Made by a program: the position numbers and the translations under genes. The notes beneath the pieces were generated by a model. The model worked only from the letters and a program-made list of their open reading frames with translations, searched no databases and was not told the DNA's origin. From Abditibacteriaceae bacterium (GTDB taxonomy: Bacteria > Armatimonadota > Abditibacteriia > Abditibacteriales > Abditibacteriaceae), in contig JANPJS010000259.1 of NCBI GenBank assembly GCA_031425655.1, forward strand, positions 1 through 49,219: a stretch of DNA of 49,219 bases, written 5' to 3'. Shown piece after piece: positions 34,741 to 43,956 of the stretch (position 1 is the first letter of the stretch; each line of letters starts with the position of its first letter).

Positions 34741-34885
34741 AAAATGGGACACGGAGGCTTCGCCCACACGGAAACGACACGGATTTACACGGATTTTTGT
34801 TTGGATTGATCTGTGGAAATCCGTGTCAATCCGTGTCGTTTCGGGCGCCCTCTGGGCAGGATAGCGAAGCTCCGTGTCCCATTTT
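34741..34885. repeat. Nested palindromic cassette with a 19-nt insert in its right arm
   Basis: Outer aaaatgggacacggag / ctccgtgtcccatttt; inner acacggat units; insert gggcgccctctgggcagga at 34843-34861. Confidence 0.85.
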
Positions 34886-34899
34886 TCCCATATCTTCCC

Positions 34900-36642
34900 A
34901 TGCTTGTTGAACTTCGCATTTCCAATTTAGCCCTCATCGAAGAAGCCGAACTACTGAGCGGGCCGGGTTTTAACGTGCTGACCGGCGAAACCGGCGCCGG
35001 TAAAAGCGTGCTGATTTCGGCGCTTGGCCTTTTAGTCGGCGAACGCGCCGCGTCCGAGCAAGTCGGGCAAAACGGCGCCAAAAACGGCAAAAGCGACGGC
35101 GCCGCACGCGCCATTGTCGAAGGCGTTTTCGACTTGGCTAAAGCGCCGCAAATCGCCGAATATCTGCGCGAACAAGGCTTTGCTCCCGAAGACGAGCAAC
35201 TTCTGGTCGCGCGCGAAATCGCGGCGGGCGAAGGCGCCAGCCGTTCGCGCGTTCGCATCAACGGGCGACTGGCGACGGCTGCCGCGTTGCGCGAATTGGG
35301 CACGCTTTTGGTGGATTTGCACGGTCAGCATGAGCATCAGCTTTTGCTCAATCCCGAATCGCATCTGGGTTTTCTCGATGCCTACGGCGACAAAAAACAT
35401 CAGCAACTGCGCGACGACGTGGCGCGAAAATTCGAGACGTGGCACGCCACGCAGCGCCGTTTGGACGAATTGACGCGCAGCGAACAGCAACGCGCTCAGC
35501 GCCTCGATATGCTGAAATTTCAGGCCGATGAAATAGACGCCGCCGCGCCTAAAGAAAGCGAAGACGAGCAGTTGTCCGAGGAGCGTGCGCGCCTGATGAA
35601 CGCCGAAAAACTGCGCGAAGCCGCCGCGCTGTGCCGCGATTCGCTATCGGGCGGCGAAGCGCCCGGCGCGCTCGAACTGGTGCGCGGTGCCCTCAAAGCG
35701 GCGCGCGAACTGGAAGAATTCGATAAATCGGTGGGCGCGTGGGCGCAGCAAATCGAAAGCGCCATTTACGAACTCGAAGACGCCGCCGCCGAAGCGCGCA
35801 GTTACGCCGATTCATTAGAAGCCGACCCGCTGCGTTTGGAAGAAATCGAGGCACGCTTGCACCGCCTCAATCGCTTGAAGCGCAAATACGGCGACACGCT
35901 GCAAGGCGTGCTTTCCCACCGCGCGAACATTGCCGGAGAATTGGAAAACCTCTCTGTTTCCGAAGAAGAATTGGCCGATTTGCGCGCCGCCGGCCAGCGC
36001 GAACACGGCATCTTTTTAGAAGCCGCCAATCGGCTTTCGCAATCGCGCCAAAAAGTCGCCGGGCGTTTTGGCGTGACCGTGGTGGAAGAACTGCGCCAGT
36101 TGGCGATGGACAAAGCGCGCTTCGAGGCGCAATTCGAGGCCCATTTAGAGCGCGACGAAGCCGGTTCTCGGCAGGGCGTGGACAAAGTCGAATTTATCTT
36201 TTCGGCCAACCCCGGACAGCCTTTGCGACCCCTTGCGCGCATCGCGTCGGGCGGCGAAATTTCGCGCGTGATGCTGGCGATTCGCTCGGTTTTGGCCGGT
36301 TCGCGCGAAGGCGACGTGACGGTTGGCAATCGCGTGCCGGTTTTGGTTTTCGACGAAGTGGATGCCGGAATCGGCGGCGTGACAGCCGAAGCCGTCGGCG
36401 AAAAAATGCAGCAATTAGCGCAGCATTTTCAAGTGTTCTGTGTGACGCATCTGCCGCAAATCGCGCGGCGCGCCGACCGCCATTATCGCGTTCATAAGGA
36501 AACCGGCGACGACGAAACGCGCGTCAGCGTGACGCTGTTGAAAGGCGAAGAGCGCGTCCACGAAATCGCGCGCATGATGGGCAAGGAAAGCGAAGCCAAC
36601 CTCAAACACGCACGCCAAATGCTGAAAGAAGCCCAGAAATAA
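34900..36642 (+). CDS. recN: DNA repair protein RecN
   Basis: LTGETGAGKS, DLHGQHEHQ, IASGGEISRVML, FDEVDAGIGG and VTHLPQIA. Confidence 0.97.
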   Translation: MLVELRISNLALIEEAELLSGPGFNVLTGETGAGKSVLISALGLLVGERAASEQVGQNGAKNGKSDGAARAIVEGVFDLAKAPQIAEYLREQGFAPEDEQLLVAREIAAGEGASRSRVRINGRLATAAALRELGTLLVDLHGQHEHQLLLNPESHLGFLDAYGDKKHQQLRDDVARKFETWHATQRRLDELTRSEQQRAQRLDMLKFQADEIDAAAPKESEDEQLSEERARLMNAEKLREAAALCRDSLSGGEAPGALELVRGALKAARELEEFDKSVGAWAQQIESAIYELEDAAAEARSYADSLEADPLRLEEIEARLHRLNRLKRKYGDTLQGVLSHRANIAGELENLSVSEEELADLRAAGQREHGIFLEAANRLSQSRQKVAGRFGVTVVEELRQLAMDKARFEAQFEAHLERDEAGSRQGVDKVEFIFSANPGQPLRPLARIASGGEISRVMLAIRSVLAGSREGDVTVGNRVPVLVFDEVDAGIGGVTAEAVGEKMQQLAQHFQVFCVTHLPQIARRADRHYRVHKETGDDETRVSVTLLKGEERVHEIARMMGKESEANLKHARQMLKEAQK

Positions 36643-36705
36643 TCTGATTATTGATGCCACCGCAATTTGCAAGGTATCCATCAACCGCGGAAGAAAGCGC
36701 AAGAA

Positions 36706-37278
36706 TTACCAAGCTGGAGGTTCCGATTCGTGCCAACGGGCCAGCAATTTCAAATCCTGTAAATCTTCGTCATCCACGTCAACCCTCTCGATAGCGTCAA
36801 GTTCGACAACGCTTTCACCGTTGTTTTCACCATTGGTATCAATAATTTCAACAGTTACCGTAGTAGCTTCAACGCTTTTAATAAAGCCAACGATATTTGC
36901 ATCGCTGCCTGTGTCAAGAGAAGCCATGCAATCGTGCTGCTGTGCGGCGAGCAAAAAATCACTGATTAGATTTGTGTCTTGACCTATAGGAAATAAGAAA
37001 CCATCGGGATGCGTAGTTTTTCGCGCTCTGGCCAAAAAGAGGAGTGATTCCTCATAGCGTCCGCCCCAGTCCATGCGCGGCACATCGTCCAATTTACGCA
37101 AAAGCCAGCCGTCGTAACGTCCATGAACCGAAAGGCTCCGAATTACCACGTGTTTGTCTGATATTGCTTCCACAAAACCTGCCGCGAATTTCTCGGAATA
37201 ACAACTGGTATAGAGACAAATGATCTTGTCTTGCTCCTTTGCACGATTCAAAATCTCATAAGCTTTTTGACTTTCCAT
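36706..37278 (-). CDS. Hypothetical protein with two small beta-barrel-like repeats; AT-richer than its neighbours
   Basis: 190-aa ORF; repeated pattern GFV/GFI..V.I......G..DG/NG. Confidence 0.7.
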   Translation of the reverse strand: MESQKAYEILNRAKEQDKIICLYTSCYSEKFAAGFVEAISDKHVVIRSLSVHGRYDGWLLRKLDDVPRMDWGGRYEESLLFLARARKTTHPDGFLFPIGQDTNLISDFLLAAQQHDCMASLDTGSDANIVGFIKSVEATTVTVEIIDTNGENNGESVVELDAIERVDVDDEDLQDLKLLARWHESEPPAW

Positions 37279-37357
37279 AGTAATCCTTCTCAAGTTGAAA
37301 ATGTTTTTTGAAACTGTCAGAATTTCGAGCCTTTATTACACAACAATCGGAATCTTC

Positions 37358-37403
37358 AAAACCAGAGCGGCGAGCAACAAGTGTTGCCCGCCGCTCTGGT
37401 TTT
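37358..37403 (-). terminator. Intrinsic terminator
   Basis: aaaaccagagcggcg / cgccgctctggtttt, 10 nt after the stop of the TolB-like gene. Confidence 0.78.
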
Positions 37404-37413
37404 ATGAACCGCT

Positions 37414-38361
37414 TTAACCGGCCCACGACGGGCTGCTGTTGCTTCCAACCGTCGTGATTTGCTTTTGGTCGGTGCCGTCGAGTTTGGCGGAAAAGATTTG
37501 CGCCGTGGGCGTTGCGCCGCCGCTGGCCGACCAGATAAGCCGCGTGCCGTCGGGACTCCAGTTCGGGTCACCGTTGAGAGCACCGGCGGACGGGCCGTTG
37601 GTGACGGCGCCGCTGGCTAAGTTGATGAAACGCAGTTGCGAAAGGCCGACCAATATCTCGCTGTAGACGAGGCGCGTGCCGTCGGGACTGAAGCGCGGAT
37701 GCGATTTGAAGTTGTCGGTGCCGCCGTCCAGCACTTGCTCTGCGCCGCTGCTGAGGGTTCGAATCACGATCCTGTGTTTGAAGTTCCGCAGGGTGACATA
37801 GGCGATGCGCGTGCCATCGGGACTCCATGCCGGCTCAGCGGCGAAGGTGGTTTCGGACGCCACTTGTCGCTGATTGGCACCGGTGAAGTCCATTGTCCAG
37901 ATGCCGTCCCCACCGCCGCGCGATGAACGCCAGGCGATTTTGCGGCCATCGAACGACCACACCGGCAGTTCATCCACCGGCTTGGTGGCGCCTCTATCCT
38001 GTGTTAGCTGCTGTGGCGCTTGCGTCAGGTCGGCTAAATTTTGCGTGTAGATTTCAAAGTTGCCACTTTTATCGGAAGCATAAACCAGACTCTGAGCATC
38101 GCGCCGGATGTCGGGGTCTTTATCTTGTGCCGCGTCCGTGGTCAGGCGTTGCGGCGCGCCTCCGGCGGGTTTGGTGAGGAAAATGTCGGTGTTGCCGCTC
38201 TGAATGGAGGCGAATGCGATGGCGGGCACTGGGGTCGGCGTGGGAATACCGACGCCCCCGCTGCTGGCGCCGCCACAGCCGCCCAAAAGCGAGCCGCCAA
38301 AAAGCACGGCGGGCGCAGCAAGCACAAGGGCGACGTTTAGAGTCATGTATTGATGTTTCAT
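37414..38361 (-). CDS. TolB-like PD40 beta-propeller lipoprotein
   Basis: Lipobox LGGC; repeated P.WSPDG.RI motifs. Confidence 0.88.
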   Translation of the reverse strand: MKHQYMTLNVALVLAAPAVLFGGSLLGGCGGASSGGVGIPTPTPVPAIAFASIQSGNTDIFLTKPAGGAPQRLTTDAAQDKDPDIRRDAQSLVYASDKSGNFEIYTQNLADLTQAPQQLTQDRGATKPVDELPVWSFDGRKIAWRSSRGGGDGIWTMDFTGANQRQVASETTFAAEPAWSPDGTRIAYVTLRNFKHRIVIRTLSSGAEQVLDGGTDNFKSHPRFSPDGTRLVYSEILVGLSQLRFINLASGAVTNGPSAGALNGDPNWSPDGTRLIWSASGGATPTAQIFSAKLDGTDQKQITTVGSNSSPSWAG

Positions 38362-38465
38362 AATTTCCTTTTTCCGGCGAGTGCCACCGGCGCGCCGATA
38401 GTGTAAATCAGGCTGCGTTGTTGCGACAGGGAAAATGAGCGAAACGAAAGCGCATTGAAAGTGGT

Positions 38466-38684
38466 TCAATCGTCGCGGTCTAAAAAGCGGCCTGTCCACT
38501 CGCTGGTTTTTACAGCGCACACGCCTCCAACAACCAAGCTTCCCAGTGAAGCCAATATATCGTCAGGACTGTGGCGGTTTGGAGTCACGAAGATTTCGCT
38601 GAGTCGCCAGAGAATGAGCGTAATTGTTCCGCCTGTTATCGCAGCAGCCATCATCGTGAGCAGTGTCTTTTTCCAGAATTGCAT
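38466..38684 (-). CDS. Possible small two-TM protein
   Basis: MQFWKKTLL... 72 aa with two hydrophobic helices; fills an otherwise empty spacer. Confidence 0.4.
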   Translation of the reverse strand: MQFWKKTLLTMMAAAITGGTITLILWRLSEIFVTPNRHSPDDILASLGSLVVGGVCAVKTSEWTGRFLDRDD

Positions 38685-38727
38685 TTCGTGCCTTGCCGTC
38701 GCGCTGTAAGTTTGACATCGTTTCTTC

Positions 38728-39915
38728 ATGCATCGCCCGCCTGAAACCAAGCCGCAAAACGCCGCATCGGCTCCCGCGCAGCCTCCGGCGTTGCCAAAAA
38801 GCGCCGTGCCTGTCCCCGCGAATACTTTGCCGCCCGCAGTTTCGGTCCCGCTGAAAGCGCGCATGGTTTTTTGGCGACAACTGGCGACGTGCATCAAAGG
38901 CGGCATGACAATCGGCGCCTCGCTGCATCATTTGCAGGGCGTGACGCGCAACGCCGAATTAAAGGAAGCGGCGCGCAAAGCGCAGATTTGCGTGGAGCGC
39001 GGCGGCAGCTTCGCGGCGTGGATGAAAACGCGGCCTCAAGCGTTTTCGCGCGGCGAATCGGCGCTGATTTTGGCGGGCGAAACCAGCGGCGATCTGGACA
39101 AAGTCTGCGACCGCATCGCCAGCGACTTAGAAAACGAACACACGCTGCGGCGCAAGATTTTCACGGCGACTTTCATCAATAAATACATCGTGCTGCCGCA
39201 ACTGATTGTAGTGCCGGGCATGACGCTGATTTTCACCGGCGGCGTGGATGCGCTCACTAAAAACGGCGACGGTCTTTCTATTCCTGAACAGCAAAAGCTG
39301 GTGCTACGCGAGGGCTGGAAAGCCTACTGGGAAGTCTTGATGCCGCGCCTGACATTAATCGCGGTTGTCGCTTTGGTGCTTTTCGTGATTTGGCGCGTAG
39401 CAAACGCCACGCAGGAAGGCCGCAGAATCCGCGACGAGATGGCGATGCGCGTGCCCCTCACCGGCCCTTTGTGGCGCGACATGGCGATTTTTCGCTATCT
39501 GACAGCGCTGGGTTATTTATCGAATGCAGGCATTCAGCCGGTGGCGGCGCTGGAAATGTGTCAGGGTATTGCGGGCAACGTGGTTTTGGATGAAAAGTTC
39601 GCCCTCGCCGCGCGTTTGGCGCGTCAGAGCAATTTATCGTTAGGCGACGCTTTAGCACGATCCAGAGTGTTTTCGGATGTGACTTTAAGCCTGATTCGCA
39701 CCGGCGAAGCCAGCGGCCAAGCTCCGGCGATGTTCGCCCAGGCCGCGAGTTACTACGAAAATGATGTCACGCAGCGCATGGTGCGCGTGCCGAAACTGGT
39801 CGGCATTATCGGCTTTCTCATCGCTGCACTTGCGACCGCAATCGTTGTCGGCTTAGAGTCAAAAGCCTATCTTCTCGGCACCTTCGACGCCGTTGACAAA
39901 TTCATGGGCGTGTAA
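38728..39915 (+). CDS. Type II secretion/type IV pilus platform protein (GspF/PilC family)
   Basis: FWRQLAT..GG, AGETSGDL and TGEASG..MF..A.YYE duplicated T2SSF domains; TM helices. Confidence 0.88.
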   Translation: MHRPPETKPQNAASAPAQPPALPKSAVPVPANTLPPAVSVPLKARMVFWRQLATCIKGGMTIGASLHHLQGVTRNAELKEAARKAQICVERGGSFAAWMKTRPQAFSRGESALILAGETSGDLDKVCDRIASDLENEHTLRRKIFTATFINKYIVLPQLIVVPGMTLIFTGGVDALTKNGDGLSIPEQQKLVLREGWKAYWEVLMPRLTLIAVVALVLFVIWRVANATQEGRRIRDEMAMRVPLTGPLWRDMAIFRYLTALGYLSNAGIQPVAALEMCQGIAGNVVLDEKFALAARLARQSNLSLGDALARSRVFSDVTLSLIRTGEASGQAPAMFAQAASYYENDVTQRMVRVPKLVGIIGFLIAALATAIVVGLESKAYLLGTFDAVDKFMGV

Positions 39916-39949
39916 GCCTCCCTAAGACCGCCTAAACAAAAGAGATTTG

Positions 39950-40066
39950 AACCACTGATAGACACGGATAAACACAGATGACAAGCCAGTTGGGCCTTGC
40001 GGTGCTAAAGACACAAAGCAAAATCAACGAATCGAAATCCGTGTTCCTCGGTGTTCATCCGTGGTT
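39950..40066. repeat. Palindromic cassette of cacggat/cacagat units
   Basis: aaccactgatagacacggataaacacagat / atccgtgttcctcggtgttcatccgtggtt. Confidence 0.8.
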
Positions 40067-40100
40067 TATTTCATTAGACGCTCTAAATGGGTTTTCATCG

Positions 40101-41111
40101 TTATGACGAGGCGGTTTGCATTGGGTAATCGAGGAGAACTTTGCCGGATTTGCCTTCCATCTGCGCGAAAGCATCGGCAGCTTGTTCCAGTGGAAAGCGA
40201 TGGGTAATCAAGAAACCAACCGGCAATCCGGCGCGGAAAAGCGCCAGCATCGGCGCGTATTCGCTGAAATGATAAAACCACGAGCCGGTCGCCGTAATGT
40301 CGCGGCGAATGAAATCTTCGCTCGGCGACAGCTCCACCGACGGTTGTTCGCCGTTGAAAATGACATGGCCCGCGATGCGAGCAGCGGCGAAGCATTGCTT
40401 GGCCGTTAAGGGCACACCGGCGGCTTCGATACAGACATCGGCTCCGCGCCCGCCGGTCAGCAAACGCACTTGCGCGGGCACATCGGTTTGCTCTTCGACG
40501 GTAATTGTATGAGCGGCGCCTAATTGACGCGCCAATTCTACACGTTCGGGTGAGCGGTCAATGCCGATGACGGTGCGGCCCAGATGCGTTTGAAACATCA
40601 CGTTGCCCAGTCCGACCGGCCCCAGTCCGAAAACTGCGACGGTGCTTACATTCTGATTGAGCTTGGTCGCTGTGTGATAGGGCACGCCCAATCCATCGCC
40701 GGTGATTAATACGCCAACTTCCCACGGCACGTCATCGGGCAGGGGATGGCAGGCCAAAGCAGGAATTACGAAATATTCGGCGTGCATATTGTCGTAAAAG
40801 CGATAATTGGCGCACCACGTATATTGGCCTTTTTGACAGAAATCGCAACGCCCGCAACCGGCGATGGCGCTCACTCCCACGCGCTGACCCAAACTCAAAG
40901 TTGTGACATCGGCGCCCAATTCCACGACAATTCCCGCAGCCTCATGGCCCATGTTGCCCGTCGCATAGCCAGTTTTGCGATAACCCGACATTTCGCTGCC
41001 GCACAAAGCCGAAACAACGGTTTGAATTAAAACTTCGTCGGGTTTAGGATGAGGCTGAGGCCGCTCTGCGATTTCGATGCGCGAGCCGCCGATTTGATGC
41101 ACAATCCGCAT
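40101..41111 (-). CDS. Zinc-dependent alcohol/sugar dehydrogenase (MDR family)
   Basis: LCGSE, GHEAAG, CGRCDFC..C and GLGPVG motifs. Confidence 0.92.
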   Translation of the reverse strand: MRIVHQIGGSRIEIAERPQPHPKPDEVLIQTVVSALCGSEMSGYRKTGYATGNMGHEAAGIVVELGADVTTLSLGQRVGVSAIAGCGRCDFCQKGQYTWCANYRFYDNMHAEYFVIPALACHPLPDDVPWEVGVLITGDGLGVPYHTATKLNQNVSTVAVFGLGPVGLGNVMFQTHLGRTVIGIDRSPERVELARQLGAAHTITVEEQTDVPAQVRLLTGGRGADVCIEAAGVPLTAKQCFAAARIAGHVIFNGEQPSVELSPSEDFIRRDITATGSWFYHFSEYAPMLALFRAGLPVGFLITHRFPLEQAADAFAQMEGKSGKVLLDYPMQTASS

Positions 41112-41140
41112 GATTTTTCTCCTCGTTGGTAGTGTCGCTC

Positions 41141-41179
41141 AAGCTGAAAAGGACACGCAAATGCGTGTCCTTTTAGCTT
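41141..41179 (-). terminator. Intrinsic terminator after the RNA ligase
   Basis: aagct-aaaaggacacgc / gcgtgtcctttt-agctt. Confidence 0.72.
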
Positions 41180-42206
41180 ACTCCTCCTTGAGTAAAAAGC
41201 GATTACTGATGGCTTTGAACGACAAGCGTCCGGCTAAAATTGCGCTCGGCGTTTCGTGACGCGGACGAATTACGATGCCTTCGCGCTCGTTCGTCGTGCC
41301 GGGATATTTGCATTCGGCTAAGGCCAAAAGCGATTCCTGCGTGTGCGCGAATGCATCGCCCGCTTCGACGACTTCGACCGGCGCCAAGCCGTTGCGCGCG
41401 GCGAATTCCTGAACTTCATCGTGCGACAAATAACGCGCATCCTGAAAATCGTAAACATTGAAAACGAAAAGAGAAACTTCTTTCAAATTCAAGCGGTTTT
41501 TCTGGATGCCGGGGCCGCATAATTCGCCTTGAACGGCAAAGTTCGGCGACGCGCGCAGAATCATTTCAAGATCGTATTTGCGGGCCGCGCGCCAGTAAAA
41601 GTTGTCGCCGTTTTGCAGCGAGAAATTGCGTCCGCAGGCGTGAAACTCGCCGTCGCGCGGGTCAATGCAGAACGTGGACGAAGTGCCGTCATACTTGAGC
41701 GTCGCCACATAAGACAGTCCGCGCAGTTCTGTCAGCACTTCGGGCACGCTTTGCACGCGCATTTCATCGGTTTTTGGGATAAAACCGGGGAAATTCGCGC
41801 GAAAATCGCCCATGCTTTGTGGCGCGGGCGGCTCGTATTTGCCGACGCCCAGCGCTTCGGTAATGTCGTCGCCTTCCGCTGCGTTGGTGATTCCAACCTC
41901 TGAAATCGGCAGCAAAAGGCCTTGCGACAGCATACCGCGCAGTTTCATGGTGCGAATGCGAAACTTCGCCGGACGCTCGACAATCGCGCCGTTTTCGGCA
42001 TTTTTCGGCTGCCATAGAAAGCGAAAAACTTCGCTATCGGGTGGGATGGCGTCAATCTCCAAAAATACGCCCAAGTCTCCCGGCACGAACTCGCCTTTCT
42101 TTACAACACATTGCCAGCCGTTAATGCGGGCGAGTTCAATCGCGTCGGCGTTGACAATCGGCTCAATCGCCAAGACGCGCTGAATGCTGGCTAACTTCCT
42201 TTCCAT
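41178..42206 (-). CDS. ATP-dependent RNA ligase, DRB0094/Rnl5 family
   Basis: RKLASI..I.NAD.IE N-domain, KLRG.LSQGL, PKTDE, KYDGTS (motif I), QGELCGPGIQ, EGIVIR and SFKAIS. Confidence 0.92.
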   Translation of the reverse strand: MERKLASIQRVLAIEPIVNADAIELARINGWQCVVKKGEFVPGDLGVFLEIDAIPPDSEVFRFLWQPKNAENGAIVERPAKFRIRTMKLRGMLSQGLLLPISEVGITNAAEGDDITEALGVGKYEPPAPQSMGDFRANFPGFIPKTDEMRVQSVPEVLTELRGLSYVATLKYDGTSSTFCIDPRDGEFHACGRNFSLQNGDNFYWRAARKYDLEMILRASPNFAVQGELCGPGIQKNRLNLKEVSLFVFNVYDFQDARYLSHDEVQEFAARNGLAPVEVVEAGDAFAHTQESLLALAECKYPGTTNEREGIVIRPRHETPSAILAGRLSFKAISNRFLLKEE

Positions 42207-42311
42207 AAACTCCTTTCCAGTCGCCCGCGCACAAAGGCCTCGCGCAGACGCGGAAGAGGAATTATACAATTCGATGATAAGTTTTGCTAATGAGAGTTTG
42301 CGGTTTTGGTG

Positions 42312-43829
42312 TCAGGAAGCGTTGGGTGGCGGCGTGGCGTGCGTGACGCGGTTGCGACCGTTTTGCTTGGAAGAATAAAGCGCCTGGTCGGCGGCTTCAA
42401 CGAAGTCTTGCGCCGTAGCGTCGGGCAAAAGCGCGGCGTGGCCTTCGTCGGGTTTGGGCCAGAACGTGCTGACGCCGATGCTGGCCGTAATAAGACGCGA
42501 GGCCCACGGCGCGTCCTGAATTTTGGTGCGGAAGCGCTCGGCCAAAATGATGGCGCCGTCGCGGTTGGTGTTGGGCAAAATGACGGCGAATTCTTCGCCG
42601 CCGTAGCGCGCCACGATGTCAATGCTGCGCGCCGTGTGCGCCAAAATCATGGCGACCGCTTTCAAGACTTCATCGCCCGCCGGATGGCCGTAGGTATCGT
42701 TGAATTGCTTGAATTTATCCACATCGAGCAGCATCAGCGAAAGCGGCGCGCCGTGCCGCCGCACGCGATTAAATTCTTCATCCAATCGCTCGTTGAAGGC
42801 GCGACGGTTTTTGAGGCTGGTCAGGCCGTCAGTGATCGCTAAGGTTTCCAATCGTGAATTCGCCAGCGCAAGCTGCTCGACGGCTTCTTCCAATTTCAGA
42901 TTCGCGCTGGTCAATTGTTGGCGCTGCTCGGCGATTTGCTGTTCGGCGCGCTTGCGCTCGGTGATTTCGAGCGACAACCCGGCCACCATGTAATGGCCGC
43001 GCGAATCCTTTAAGGGGAAGCGAAACGACAGCCAGTAGCGCGGCTTGCCTTCGGACACGAAAGCGATTTGCTCTTTGGTGACTAATTGGCGGCGGCGCAG
43101 CACCAGTGCATCGTGTTCGCGCATCGGCGCAGCCAATTCGGGCGGCCACAAATCGTCGTCGCTTTTGCCTATCCACTGCTCTTTTTTCGCGTCGAAATGG
43201 CGCTCGAACGGCTCGTTGAGATAAATGTAGCGGCCCTGCGCGTCCTTGATGAAAGCGACTGCTGGGCTGTTGTTCATAAACGAATCGAAGCGTTGCTGCA
43301 CGTCCTGCGCGGCCATTTCAGCCTCGCTGAGACGGCGCAAAATCAAGAACGGAAGCAGCGCCAAGCCCGCCATGCTGAGCACGCCCAACAACATCCAGCG
43401 TCCGGCGCGACTGCTGTGCTCTTGTCCGCGCTTAATCACGGCGTCCGACAGCGTTGCGATGGATTTTCGCAGGTTGGTGGTCGTATTCCAGTCAACTGCG
43501 CTGTTGCGGGCTAAGGCGTTTTTATACTGCGCCCACGAAGCGTCGCCCGCCCGAATTTCAGCGGGATAATCGGCGCGCAATTGTTCGCGCGTCGCGTCCA
43601 TTTTTGCGATCACGGGACGCCATTTTACCGGCAGTTTTGCGCGCGTGACCGAATGCACCCACAAAACCTGCGTGCGGAGCAAACCGGCTTGATTTGCTGC
43701 CTCGAACGATTGATCCGCGAGGTGCTTTTGCTGGAACGAGAACAGCAACAGGCCAAGCGGCAGCGCGGCCAATAAAACGATGAGCAACACCAGGCGGCGG
43801 GGAGAAGTGATGTCGAGAAGCGCGCTCAT
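42312..43829 (-). CDS. Membrane PAS-domain diguanylate cyclase
   Basis: Two TMs, a PAS domain, DGLT, FKQFND.YGH, an RSID I-site and RYGGEEF. Confidence 0.93.
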   Translation of the reverse strand: MSALLDITSPRRLVLLIVLLAALPLGLLLFSFQQKHLADQSFEAANQAGLLRTQVLWVHSVTRAKLPVKWRPVIAKMDATREQLRADYPAEIRAGDASWAQYKNALARNSAVDWNTTTNLRKSIATLSDAVIKRGQEHSSRAGRWMLLGVLSMAGLALLPFLILRRLSEAEMAAQDVQQRFDSFMNNSPAVAFIKDAQGRYIYLNEPFERHFDAKKEQWIGKSDDDLWPPELAAPMREHDALVLRRRQLVTKEQIAFVSEGKPRYWLSFRFPLKDSRGHYMVAGLSLEITERKRAEQQIAEQRQQLTSANLKLEEAVEQLALANSRLETLAITDGLTSLKNRRAFNERLDEEFNRVRRHGAPLSLMLLDVDKFKQFNDTYGHPAGDEVLKAVAMILAHTARSIDIVARYGGEEFAVILPNTNRDGAIILAERFRTKIQDAPWASRLITASIGVSTFWPKPDEGHAALLPDATAQDFVEAADQALYSSKQNGRNRVTHATPPPNAS

Positions 43830-43956
43830 GATGTGTTTCCGCCGCGAACGGAAAGAAAAATCGAAAGATGCTCTAAAATGAAATGCGGCAACGTCGGGGT
43901 TTAGAAATTCGCGCGCAAAACCAGCTTACGCGTCGCGTGCAGCAATTTCATAGGAT

